From positions 1-43,117 of the IMG/VR virus record IMGVR_UViG_3300035494_000025: a DNA stretch of 43,117 nt. The stretch is one strand, 5' to 3'. The notes beneath the pieces were generated by a model. That model had not been told where the DNA came from. It saw only the letters and a list, made by a program, of their open reading frames with translations, and did not search any database. Below, one piece after another: positions 1-7,703 of the stretch (within the stretch, counting starts at the first letter, position 1; every line of letters begins with the position of its first letter). A program made the translations under genes and the position numbers. Source of the stretch: a virus.

Positions 1-805
1 AGGCTCTGAAACACCCGTAGGTATCCCAAGGTATGGACTTGCAGGTGCAAGTATAGATAACGTAGGTGTATATTATGGAGGACTAATTTCGAATAATCCA
101 TTTACCCTAACAAATGCAGTAACAAGGATAAATTCTAGTGGTACTATTATAGGCTCTGAAACACCCGTAGGTATCCCAAGGCATGGACTTGCAGGTGCAA
201 GTATAGATAACGTAGGTGTATATTATGGAGGAATACGTGGCCTAGATACTATTAACCTAACAAATGCAGTAACAAGGATAAATTCTAGTGGTACTATTAT
301 AGGCTCTGAAACACCAGTAGGTATCTCAAGGTATAGACTTGCAGGTGCAAGTATAGATAACGTAGGTGTATATTATGGAGGACTTAAAGCTATATCTCCT
401 ATTGGATCAACAAATGCAGTAACAAGGATAAATTCTAGCGGTACTATTATAGGCTCTGAAACGTCTGTTGGTAAAGTAAGGCATGAACTTGCAGGCTCAA
501 GTATAGATAACGTAGGTGTATATTATGGGGGATCCCTTGCTGGCTTTAACATTAACCCAACAAATGCAGTAACAAGGATAAATTCTAGTGGTACTATTAT
601 AGGCTCTGAAACACCCGTAGGTATCCCAAGGTATGGACTTGCAGGTGCAAGTATAGATAACGTAGGTGTATATTATGGAGGACTAATTTCGAATAATCCA
701 TTTACCCCAACAAATGCAGTAACAAGGATAAATTCTAGTGGTACTATTATAGGCTCTGAAACACCTGTAGGTATACCAAGGTATGGACTTGCAGGCTCAG
801 GATTA
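1..805 (+). repeat. Tandem 150-bp direct repeats, about 5.4 copies, with units starting at 1, 151, 301, 451, 601 and 751
   Basis: aggctctgaaac... recurs exactly every 150 nt. Units are near-identical except for a block of about 27 nt after tattatggagga and a few changes near the unit start. The repeats are in frame and coding. Confidence 0.95.
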
Positions 806-808
806 TAG
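1..808 (+). CDS. Kelch-like beta-propeller repeat protein, 3' portion (the gene starts at 42812 and runs across the contig ends)
   Basis: The frame starting at base 2 is open to TAG at 806-808. It encodes five full 50-aa repeats GSETPVGIPRYGLAGASIDNVGVYYGG-x9-TNAVTRINSSGTII plus a closing half repeat. The R...hydrophobic...YYGG spacing resembles Kelch blades. It is missing from the ORF track because there is no in-window ATG. Confidence 0.75.
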   Translation, partial: GSETPVGIPRYGLAGASIDNVGVYYGGLISNNPFTLTNAVTRINSSGTIIGSETPVGIPRHGLAGASIDNVGVYYGGIRGLDTINLTNAVTRINSSGTIIGSETPVGISRYRLAGASIDNVGVYYGGLKAISPIGSTNAVTRINSSGTIIGSETSVGKVRHELAGSSIDNVGVYYGGSLAGFNINPTNAVTRINSSGTIIGSETPVGIPRYGLAGASIDNVGVYYGGLISNNPFTPTNAVTRINSSGTIIGSETPVGIPRYGLAGSGL

Positions 809-817
809 GGAGATATT

Positions 818-1369
818 ATGGCACAACAAAATCACAATATAAGCTACTTAACAGAAGTAGATGGCATAACAATTTGGGAGAGACTAAGAGTTATTAGAAA
901 CTTCTTAGCTGGTAGAAGAAGAGCATTAGCGCTAGCTGAATATAGTGCTGATAATGTAGATAGGGAAAATTTTGAAGCAGTAATTATGCTCCCTGAGTTA
1001 TTAGAGAGTATAGAGTATGCTAAAGACGAAGTAAACTTTCTAACTAAGTTAGAAGCTACCCTTGCAGCTGAAGCAGAGCTTACAAGAATAGAAGGCAAAA
1101 CAGATAGAGAAATGTATGAGATTAACTTCTTTGAAGAGTCTATACAGAGAAGTCTATTGACTGTACAAGCAGAAGTAATGACATTAGGTAGGGTTAGTAC
1201 TGATACAATGAAGTCTTTACTTAAAAATCCTTATGCCTTGGATAGATGCATAGAGTTAGGGTTTTTATCACCGGAAGTTAAAAATGTATTAACAAATAGT
1301 AAATCTCCGTTGTTACTATTAAACAATACGCAACAAAGTTTACTACCTAAGGAGGCCTTAAATGCCTAG
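818..1369 (+). CDS. hypothetical protein (183 aa)
   Basis: ORF track entry. RBS gggaga sits 4 nt upstream of the ATG. It starts 10 nt after the stop of the preceding gene. No motif recognised. Confidence 0.6.
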   Translation: MAQQNHNISYLTEVDGITIWERLRVIRNFLAGRRRALALAEYSADNVDRENFEAVIMLPELLESIEYAKDEVNFLTKLEATLAAEAELTRIEGKTDREMYEINFFEESIQRSLLTVQAEVMTLGRVSTDTMKSLLKNPYALDRCIELGFLSPEVKNVLTNSKSPLLLLNNTQQSLLPKEALNA

Positions 1370-1370
1370 T

Positions 1371-1416
<46 letters not shown>

Positions 1417-1430
1417 TTAAAGGATAAATA

Positions 1431-1640
1431 ATGGATAACCTATTATCAAACATAGATGAGTTAATAACAGTTATTATAGCTGTTTTAGTTGCAGTTCAAT
1501 CATTAGTGGTGTACTTCCTAAGCCCTGAAAAAGCTGAAAAATGGAACTGGTTAGGAAAGGCATTATCTGTATTAGCTAAAACAAAAGCTGGTATTAGTAC
1601 AAAGGCACCAGAAGATGGAAAAGTATCTAGCACTGATTAA
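1431..1640 (+). CDS. small single-pass membrane protein, possible holin or antiholin
   Basis: 69 aa with one hydrophobic helix (LITVIIAVLVAVQSLVVYFL) and a charged C-terminus. It is the first gene of the spanin/endolysin cluster. RBS aaggat. Confidence 0.45.
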   Translation: MDNLLSNIDELITVIIAVLVAVQSLVVYFLSPEKAEKWNWLGKALSVLAKTKAGISTKAPEDGKVSSTD

Positions 1641-1818
1641 ATACATTATAGCTGCTGCTATTGCCTTATTAATATATAAGAAAGGCAAGGAGTCAGAGCA
1701 GCTAAGCAAATCTAAGGATGATGAAGCATTGAGGAGGAAATATGAAAAAATTGAAGATACCAATATTGCTGATGATATTTATCTTGTCGATAACTGGGTG
1801 CAGCATAAAAACAAATAG
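1615..1818 (+). CDS. i-spanin-like protein (N-terminal TM helix, charged periplasmic part)
   Basis: 67 aa with TM segment YLALIKYIIAAAIALLIY followed by a K/E/D-rich tail. Its 3' end overlaps the lipoprotein ORF at 1742 in another frame, the overlapped Rz/Rz1-type arrangement. Confidence 0.5.
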   Translation: MEKYLALIKYIIAAAIALLIYKKGKESEQLSKSKDDEALRRKYEKIEDTNIADDIYLVDNWVQHKNK

Positions 1819-1957
1819 TATCTGCCCTAATTTTCCAGCACCAGACCAGCATATACTTAATAGTATTAAATCACTTGATGATGATACTGTTAATAGGTGG
1901 ATGGAAGATTTGTATAAACATAAACTAAAAATAGATACTTGTAGAAGTACTCATTAA
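1742..1957 (+). CDS. o-spanin-like outer-membrane lipoprotein
   Basis: Signal peptide MKKLKIPILLMIFILSITG|C with lipobox I-T-G-C. The short mature part contains Pro and Cys. It starts inside the preceding ORF. Confidence 0.65.
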   Translation: MKKLKIPILLMIFILSITGCSIKTNSICPNFPAPDQHILNSIKSLDDDTVNRWMEDLYKHKLKIDTCRSTH

Positions 1958-1966
1958 AGGATAGCT

Positions 1967-2416
1967 ATGACAACTAATTTTACGTTTAAAGAACTTACAA
2001 ATAGTAAAGAACATCCTGAACTTGTTAGTGACAATAGGGCTGAAGCACTTAGTACTCCGCTTATACTTAAAAGACTTAAGTACTTAGCATGTGCTGGTGA
2101 GGAGATTAGAGGGTTAGTCGGTAGACTTTTAACTACATCTGGTTATAGAAATACAGCTTTAAACGATGCAGTTGGCGGGTCTAAAACTAGTTCACATTTG
2201 TTAGGCAATACTGGTGACTTTATACCATTAGATATGCCTATAGAAGAAGCTTGGGAAATTATCAAAGCTAATAAAGATAGGTTTACCAGTATTAGAAAGA
2301 TAATTTTTGAGCATATAGGCAATAGGAAATGGTTCCATATTGAAGCTAAGATTAAGGCTGAGGAAGGGTTAGTACTATATACTACCACTAATGGTAAAAA
2401 CTATACTAAAGTATAG
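1967..2416 (+). CDS. endolysin, peptidase M15-type (zinc D-Ala-D-Ala / L-Ala-D-Glu peptidase fold)
   Basis: The blocks SGYRNTALNDAVGGSKTSSHLLGNTGDF and WFHIEAK match the M15 pattern SGYR..N..GG..S.H..G.A.D ... H. Confidence 0.8.
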   Translation: MTTNFTFKELTNSKEHPELVSDNRAEALSTPLILKRLKYLACAGEEIRGLVGRLLTTSGYRNTALNDAVGGSKTSSHLLGNTGDFIPLDMPIEEAWEIIKANKDRFTSIRKIIFEHIGNRKWFHIEAKIKAEEGLVLYTTTNGKNYTKV

Positions 2417-2439
2417 TAATTAAATTTAAGGAATACGAT

Positions 2440-2676
2440 ATGGCTTTAGTAGATTATAACAAAACAACTTGGGTTAATGATAATGCTCCTGCATTAAATG
2501 AGACCAACCTAAACAACATAGAGAATGGTATAGAGAGAGTTACATCTGCAGTTCAAGCACTTGAGGACAATAAGTATGTATTACCTGGTTCTACTTCTGT
2601 TGATATTGGTGGAATAAGAACAAAGCTTACTACTTCACCTAATGGTGCAACGCTAGAAATATTCACGACTAATTAA
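2440..2676 (+). CDS. small tail-fibre-like protein
   Basis: The N-terminus TTWVNDNAPALNETNLNNIENGIERV resembles the W..g..i.a..LN.iE.gi motif common at the N-termini of phage fibre or tail proteins. RBS taagga. Confidence 0.4.
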   Translation: MALVDYNKTTWVNDNAPALNETNLNNIENGIERVTSAVQALEDNKYVLPGSTSVDIGGIRTKLTTSPNGATLEIFTTN

Positions 2677-2685
2677 GGTGTTACT

Positions 2686-4419
2686 ATGGCACAGACTAAC
2701 GTAACAGAGCTATTAGATTTTACAGGTGGTATAAATAATGTAGTAGCTCCACACTTATTACCTATGAATGAGGCATTAGACCTTACAAATGTGGATATAA
2801 CTTATGGCTCATTAAAATCTATGACTGAGCTAGAAAAAGGTAAAGCTGCTCAAGGCTCACATTTTGTAGAATATAGGGACACTCTATATTTCTACAATGA
2901 TTGGAGAGCTAATGCATTATTAGACAATAAGTTATATTGGACTAATGGCATATCCCAAGGCAAGATATTACCTGATGGTACACAATTGCCTTTAGGTATT
3001 ATAACTCCTAATGGAAAGGCTATTGTATCAGCTAGCGGCTCATCTGGAAGTGGAGTACACAAAGGTGATTTTAAGTATACATATACTTTTTATTCTAGTA
3101 CTACTGGGATAGAGTCGGCTCCTGCACCCCTACCACCATACGTAACAGCAGACAATCAAGATATACTCCTTAGTGGTTTTGATACCATTCCATCTAATGC
3201 TGATATGTATAGAATTTATAGAGTTGGTGGGTACCTAGCTAGATTTACATTAGTGGCTACAATAAAGTCTACAGATTTGCCTTATTTAGATAGTCTTGAC
3301 GATACAGAGGTTGATGGTAGAATACTTCAGACTTTACGTACTGGTGTGCCAAATCCCAACATTAGGAACTTTATTGAACTTAATGGTAGACTATATGGTA
3401 GTGTTGGGTCTAAAGTATATTACTCTGGTTTAGGTGCTCCTGACTCTTGGTATACTGATGACTTCTTTACTATGCCTAATATAGTAGTTGCGCTAGGTAA
3501 AAGCTCAGCTGGTATATTAGTGTTTGGTAAGACTTATACATATTTGCTATACGGTAATTCACCTCAAACATTTAAGGTACAGATTATATCTGACTCACTT
3601 GGATGTATAAGTGCAGAGTCAATAGCCTATTATAATGACTCATGTATATTCTTGGGGGTAGATGGCATATATGCAATTAGTGGGGTTAGTATACAGAATA
3701 TTACATCTAATAAGATACGTAATATATCCGGTTTGAATATATCATCTGCTGCTGTTGCTAATAACGTTTACTACTTAGCATATAAACCTACAATATATGC
3801 TAGTAATGATATAGTACCTAGCAATACATTGTATCCCGGTGGTACAAAAGGAACAGCAAACAATACTAGCAGTCAGGGTATACTTGCCATAGACTTTAGG
3901 CATGGTAATGGGTATAGTTATAACATATACTCATATGATGCTACTTTATCAATAGGAGTATCAAGAGGACTATTACATACTGTACAATACTTGCCCAATT
4001 TACCCATAGTATGTAATGCTACTATATATTGTACTGATGTGTTTTGTCTTGGTGACTATACACTCATGCCGTTAGTACCTACAACTACTGCTGTGTTTAA
4101 GAAGTTAAGATACAATAGCCCTCAGTTAATAGATGGTTCATACTCTACTCTTAAAGAGTATGATAAGGTTAGAATTAATTTTATAGGTTCATTTAATGTT
4201 AAGGTTATATTCTCTAATAAGGATGTTGTTATTGACGTAGATATAGTTAGTAGTAAATATGTTAATACAAATGGAGAGTTATATACAGCAAAAGATGAAG
4301 TAGTTACTTTAGGTATACCTAATAACAACAATAAGTCTTATTCTATAATGTTTATTATAGAAGGCAAAGGAATTATAAAATCTATACAATATAGCTGGAA
4401 AACTAGGGAGCTACCATGA
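2686..4419 (+). CDS. tail structural protein (possibly a beta-propeller nozzle or tail-tubular-B-like protein)
   Basis: 577 aa and beta-rich, with repeated G..vY.s..g / W motifs (LYGSVGSKVYYSGLGAPDSWY, ILVFGKTYTYLLYG, IFLGVDGIYAISG). It lies between the lysis and portal genes. Function is inferred only. Confidence 0.4.
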   Translation: MAQTNVTELLDFTGGINNVVAPHLLPMNEALDLTNVDITYGSLKSMTELEKGKAAQGSHFVEYRDTLYFYNDWRANALLDNKLYWTNGISQGKILPDGTQLPLGIITPNGKAIVSASGSSGSGVHKGDFKYTYTFYSSTTGIESAPAPLPPYVTADNQDILLSGFDTIPSNADMYRIYRVGGYLARFTLVATIKSTDLPYLDSLDDTEVDGRILQTLRTGVPNPNIRNFIELNGRLYGSVGSKVYYSGLGAPDSWYTDDFFTMPNIVVALGKSSAGILVFGKTYTYLLYGNSPQTFKVQIISDSLGCISAESIAYYNDSCIFLGVDGIYAISGVSIQNITSNKIRNISGLNISSAAVANNVYYLAYKPTIYASNDIVPSNTLYPGGTKGTANNTSSQGILAIDFRHGNGYSYNIYSYDATLSIGVSRGLLHTVQYLPNLPIVCNATIYCTDVFCLGDYTLMPLVPTTTAVFKKLRYNSPQLIDGSYSTLKEYDKVRINFIGSFNVKVIFSNKDVVIDVDIVSSKYVNTNGELYTAKDEVVTLGIPNNNNKSYSIMFIIEGKGIIKSIQYSWKTRELP

Positions 4420-4616
4420 CAGATATTACTATTAAGGAAGTAGAGAAACTTGTAGATTTTAAGCTAAGTGCTCTAAGGAATGAGTTACTTAGTAGTACTA
4501 CTGATGAGTACCAGATATCCATGTTAAGCACATCAGCTGATAATACTCAAATTATTAATAAAATTAACGAGATTATCAATTTTATTAATAAAACTTTAAG
4601 AAGAGATAGGGTATAA
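4416..4616 (+). CDS. hypothetical protein (66 aa)
   Basis: Its ATG overlaps the upstream stop (ATGA at 4416-4419). Helical, with no recognisable motif. Confidence 0.5.
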   Translation: MTDITIKEVEKLVDFKLSALRNELLSSTTDEYQISMLSTSADNTQIINKINEIINFINKTLRRDRV

Positions 4617-4622
4617 TATAAC

Positions 4623-5051
4623 ATGAAGATAATTAAGGCTACTCCTGAACACATTGTAGATTTAGCTCTTATGTTACGGGATATGTATATGGAGGTATTC
4701 ACTGCTTATGCTAGTGAGGACCTTGATTTATACATACACGAAATAATTAGATGCTTTAATGACTCTAAACAATGTATATACACTACTAATACCTTAGATG
4801 GTATTGTAATAGTAGTTGATACTACTGATACGTTGACGCCTACTTTACTTAGATGTCAATGCACTAGAGTATATATAAAGCCTGAGCAAAGGCATAGTAA
4901 ACTACTAAGGCAATTTTATGATAAGTTATTTGAGGACTATCCTGAAGGCTCTATACTAGGGTTTACTGAAATAAATAGTTCACATATAAAAGTACTTGAT
5001 AAGCGTCATGAGCTTATAGCAAAAGTATATAAACTTGATAGGAGCAAATAA
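4623..5051 (+). CDS. GNAT-like acetyltransferase (putative)
   Basis: 142 aa. The segment RVYIKPEQRHSKLLRQFYDKL fits the GNAT motif A region (v.V.Pe.Rg.g....l). The overall size fits a single GNAT domain. Confidence 0.4.
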   Translation: MKIIKATPEHIVDLALMLRDMYMEVFTAYASEDLDLYIHEIIRCFNDSKQCIYTTNTLDGIVIVVDTTDTLTPTLLRCQCTRVYIKPEQRHSKLLRQFYDKLFEDYPEGSILGFTEINSSHIKVLDKRHELIAKVYKLDRSK

Positions 5052-5746
5052 TGGGAGCAAGTGGACTTTTAGGCTCAGCAGGTAGTCTATTAGGTTTTGA
5101 GTCTGCAGAGCAAAAAGCTGCAGGTAAGGCTATGGATTCGTCATTATCTATATCTAGTCAAACATTAGCTGAAAATAGGGCTACTAGTGCTGAAATGATT
5201 AACTTTAATCAAAGCATACTAGATAAATGGGAAGCTACATTTGGTAGTATAGAGAGCAATCTAAACAGTTATTATAGTAGCTTAGACCCAGTCAAGTTTG
5301 CTACTCAAAACAAAACTGCCTTATATGACAGTATGAGTAAGCAAATGAAACAACTTAATGAAACTCTTAGCTCTTCCGGTCTTATGAGTAGCGGTATGAG
5401 AGCTCAAGCGGAGAAAGAAGCAGCATTTAGGATGGCAGAGAGTAATGCTGCTATTGATATGGCAGCTCCTGAACAGGTAGCGCAAATGCAACAAGGTTGG
5501 TTAAGTGGTAATAAAGCTACAGAGCAAAATGCAATATCTGGAATTAATCAAGCTTATGCTGCTAAGATGGGAGTTACTACAAACGGCGGAAATGCTATTG
5601 CTGGTCAGTATCAAGCACGAGCGCAACAATACGCAGACTCTTCAGCAGGTTATATGAATTTCTTAGGTTCTGCTCTTGGTATAGGTGCTGCCATGTATAC
5701 TGGTGGTGCATCCGCAGCTGGGGCAGGCTCAGCAGCCACAGTGTAA
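5051..5746 (+). CDS. G/A/S/Q-rich virion-associated protein (putative)
   Basis: 231 aa with low-complexity Gly/Ala/Ser ends (MGASGLLGSAGSLLGF..., ...GGASAAGAGSAATV). It lies immediately upstream of the portal gene. RBS aggag. Confidence 0.45.
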   Translation: MGASGLLGSAGSLLGFESAEQKAAGKAMDSSLSISSQTLAENRATSAEMINFNQSILDKWEATFGSIESNLNSYYSSLDPVKFATQNKTALYDSMSKQMKQLNETLSSSGLMSSGMRAQAEKEAAFRMAESNAAIDMAAPEQVAQMQQGWLSGNKATEQNAISGINQAYAAKMGVTTNGGNAIAGQYQARAQQYADSSAGYMNFLGSALGIGAAMYTGGASAAGAGSAATV

Positions 5747-5765
5747 ATTAATATTTGGAGTAATA

Positions 5766-7703
5766 ATGGCTACACCTACTGCTAAAGGCCAGTTAAAGCT
5801 TGGTAACAAATCTAAGTTACTTCAAGCTTGTCAAGATGCCTATAAAATTAGTGAGGCGCAATATAGGAATTCTGTTAATGAAGGTAGGGAAGTAATAGAC
5901 CTTTACAATAATAGACAATACACAGCTGCACAATTAGCTACAATAGCTGAGAATGGGCAACCAGCTGAAACATTTAATATAATTAAAATGTTTAGTAATG
6001 CAATTATAGGCTACTTGGAGTCAGTAGTAAATAAAGTCAGCGTAGAGCCTAGATATTCAGGTTCTGCAGCTACAGCATTACTTCTTAATGATTTAGTTGA
6101 TTATACTCTAGACCAAAATGACTTTGAGACTATGAACAAGAAGATTAAGCTAGATGGCCTATTAACTGGTTTAATGGCTTGTGAGGAAGAGGTAGTACCT
6201 ACTGGACTTAAGGATAAGTTTGGTAGGCCTTTATTTGAGATTAGACTTAATCATGTACCAAGTTGGCAACTAAGATTAGACCCTCACTCCTTCCTTGATG
6301 ATTATAGTGATGCTAGACACTTGCACCACTTTAAATGGATGCCTGAAGAGTCACTCATTAAGTTATTTGGTGCATCTAAAGTTGCAGAGCTTACAGAATA
6401 TCATAACCATTTAGATGGGGACCCAGATGCTGATTATGAGAGACAGTTTAATGGTAGGGATATCGGTAAATATAAGCAGTATAATAACTACTTAGTTGTT
6501 AGAACTATTATAGAACATAACGGTAAGATATACAACGTTATATGGTGTGATGACGTAATACTTGAGCAAAAGGTTATAACATTTAAAGAGGTTAGATTTC
6601 CTATTCGTGTAGTTAAGATGAGTGCATCAGATATTGCAGAATACTATGGACCATTTAGAGATATAACTGAAACGCAAAAAGCTATCAACCAAGCATTGCT
6701 ACAAATACAGTTACTTGTTAATACTTCTAAGGCATTTGTAGAAGATAATGCTGTAGAAAATCTTGATGAGTTTAAAGCATTATTCAGTAGGATTAATGCT
6801 ATTATACCTGTTACTGATTTAGCTGGTATTAGAGTAGAAGATATGAGTAGAGATATACAACAACAGTATATCATCATAGACCAAGCTTTAACACGTATAA
6901 AAGTTGTATTAGGTATAAATGATAGTTTCTTAGGTTCTACGTTTGCTAGTGATAGTGGTAGAAAAGTTGCAATGAATACAGCCTCTAGCGGTAGTCAACT
7001 AACTATGGTATTAGATAGAGTTCAGTATCTATACAAGATGATAGGTACTGATATTGTTAATCTTATTAAGCAATACTATAGAGGTGAGCAAATATTTAGA
7101 ATTGCTGACCCTTTAAATGGTGCCCACTATGTTGAGATTAATAAGCCTATTCAAATGCCTACAGGTGAAATAGACCCTAATACTGGTGAGCCTATAACAA
7201 GCCTAGTATACGATGAGGAAATTAATCCTGAGACTGGTGAACTTATGGAAGATGATGAAGGCAACATAATTGTTACTCCTTTGTCGCACCCTGACTCAGC
7301 AATAGAGTTTAGTATGGTTGATATTAAGGTAAAAGCTAGTATTGCCAATAACTCACAAGAGAGAAACCAGTTACTACTTGAGACAGTAATGAATGGCCCT
7401 GCAGGTCAAGTATTACTACAAACAAACCCAGCAGGTTATCTAAGAACTTTAGCTATGGGCATTAGTGAATTTGGTACTAAGCACTCATTAGAAGTTGCAA
7501 AGGTACTAATGGATACTGCTTTAGGAATAGAGCAAGGAAAAGTAGACCCTAGGTTAGCTATGGTAGGCGGTGACTTGCAAGCTATAATGGGTGGAGCTAT
7601 GGGCGGTAATAATGGAGCTGGTGGTGCTGTTGGAGGCACAATGCAAGCTAAAGAAAGTCCTACATTAGGTATACCAAAGCCTGGTAGAGAAGGAGGTAGA
7701 TAA
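5766..7703 (+). CDS. portal protein
   Basis: 645 aa counted from the ATG at 5766 (RBS tggag), not the track start at 5685, which overlaps the upstream gene. It has an N-terminal block QYRNSVNEGREVIDLYNNRQYT...GQPAETFNIIKMFSNAIIGYL typical of portals, a Gly-rich C-terminus, and a typical size. Confidence 0.7.
   Translation: MATPTAKGQLKLGNKSKLLQACQDAYKISEAQYRNSVNEGREVIDLYNNRQYTAAQLATIAENGQPAETFNIIKMFSNAIIGYLESVVNKVSVEPRYSGSAATALLLNDLVDYTLDQNDFETMNKKIKLDGLLTGLMACEEEVVPTGLKDKFGRPLFEIRLNHVPSWQLRLDPHSFLDDYSDARHLHHFKWMPEESLIKLFGASKVAELTEYHNHLDGDPDADYERQFNGRDIGKYKQYNNYLVVRTIIEHNGKIYNVIWCDDVILEQKVITFKEVRFPIRVVKMSASDIAEYYGPFRDITETQKAINQALLQIQLLVNTSKAFVEDNAVENLDEFKALFSRINAIIPVTDLAGIRVEDMSRDIQQQYIIIDQALTRIKVVLGINDSFLGSTFASDSGRKVAMNTASSGSQLTMVLDRVQYLYKMIGTDIVNLIKQYYRGEQIFRIADPLNGAHYVEINKPIQMPTGEIDPNTGEPITSLVYDEEINPETGELMEDDEGNIIVTPLSHPDSAIEFSMVDIKVKASIANNSQERNQLLLETVMNGPAGQVLLQTNPAGYLRTLAMGISEFGTKHSLEVAKVLMDTALGIEQGKVDPRLAMVGGDLQAIMGGAMGGNNGAGGAVGGTMQAKESPTLGIPKPGREGGR

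Noticed and set aside
1-808. Regularly spaced repeats at the contig start, which could be mistaken for a CRISPR array
   Set aside because: The units are contiguous 150-bp repeats without spacers. They are in one open reading frame encoding 50-aa protein repeats. There are no cas genes and no leader.
1-808. Diversity-generating retroelement acting on the variable 9-codon cassettes
   Set aside because: No reverse transcriptase ORF and no separate template repeat are present in the genome. The variation is not restricted to adenine-templated positions.
5685-5765. Upstream extension of the portal ORF (track start 5685) and of 42494-42592, 24239-24310, 30442-30522, 20200-20223 and 18115-18129
   Set aside because: The extensions overlap the preceding genes and lack RBSs. 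Internal ATGs preceded by GGAG-type sites and start/stop coupling give more parsimonious starts.
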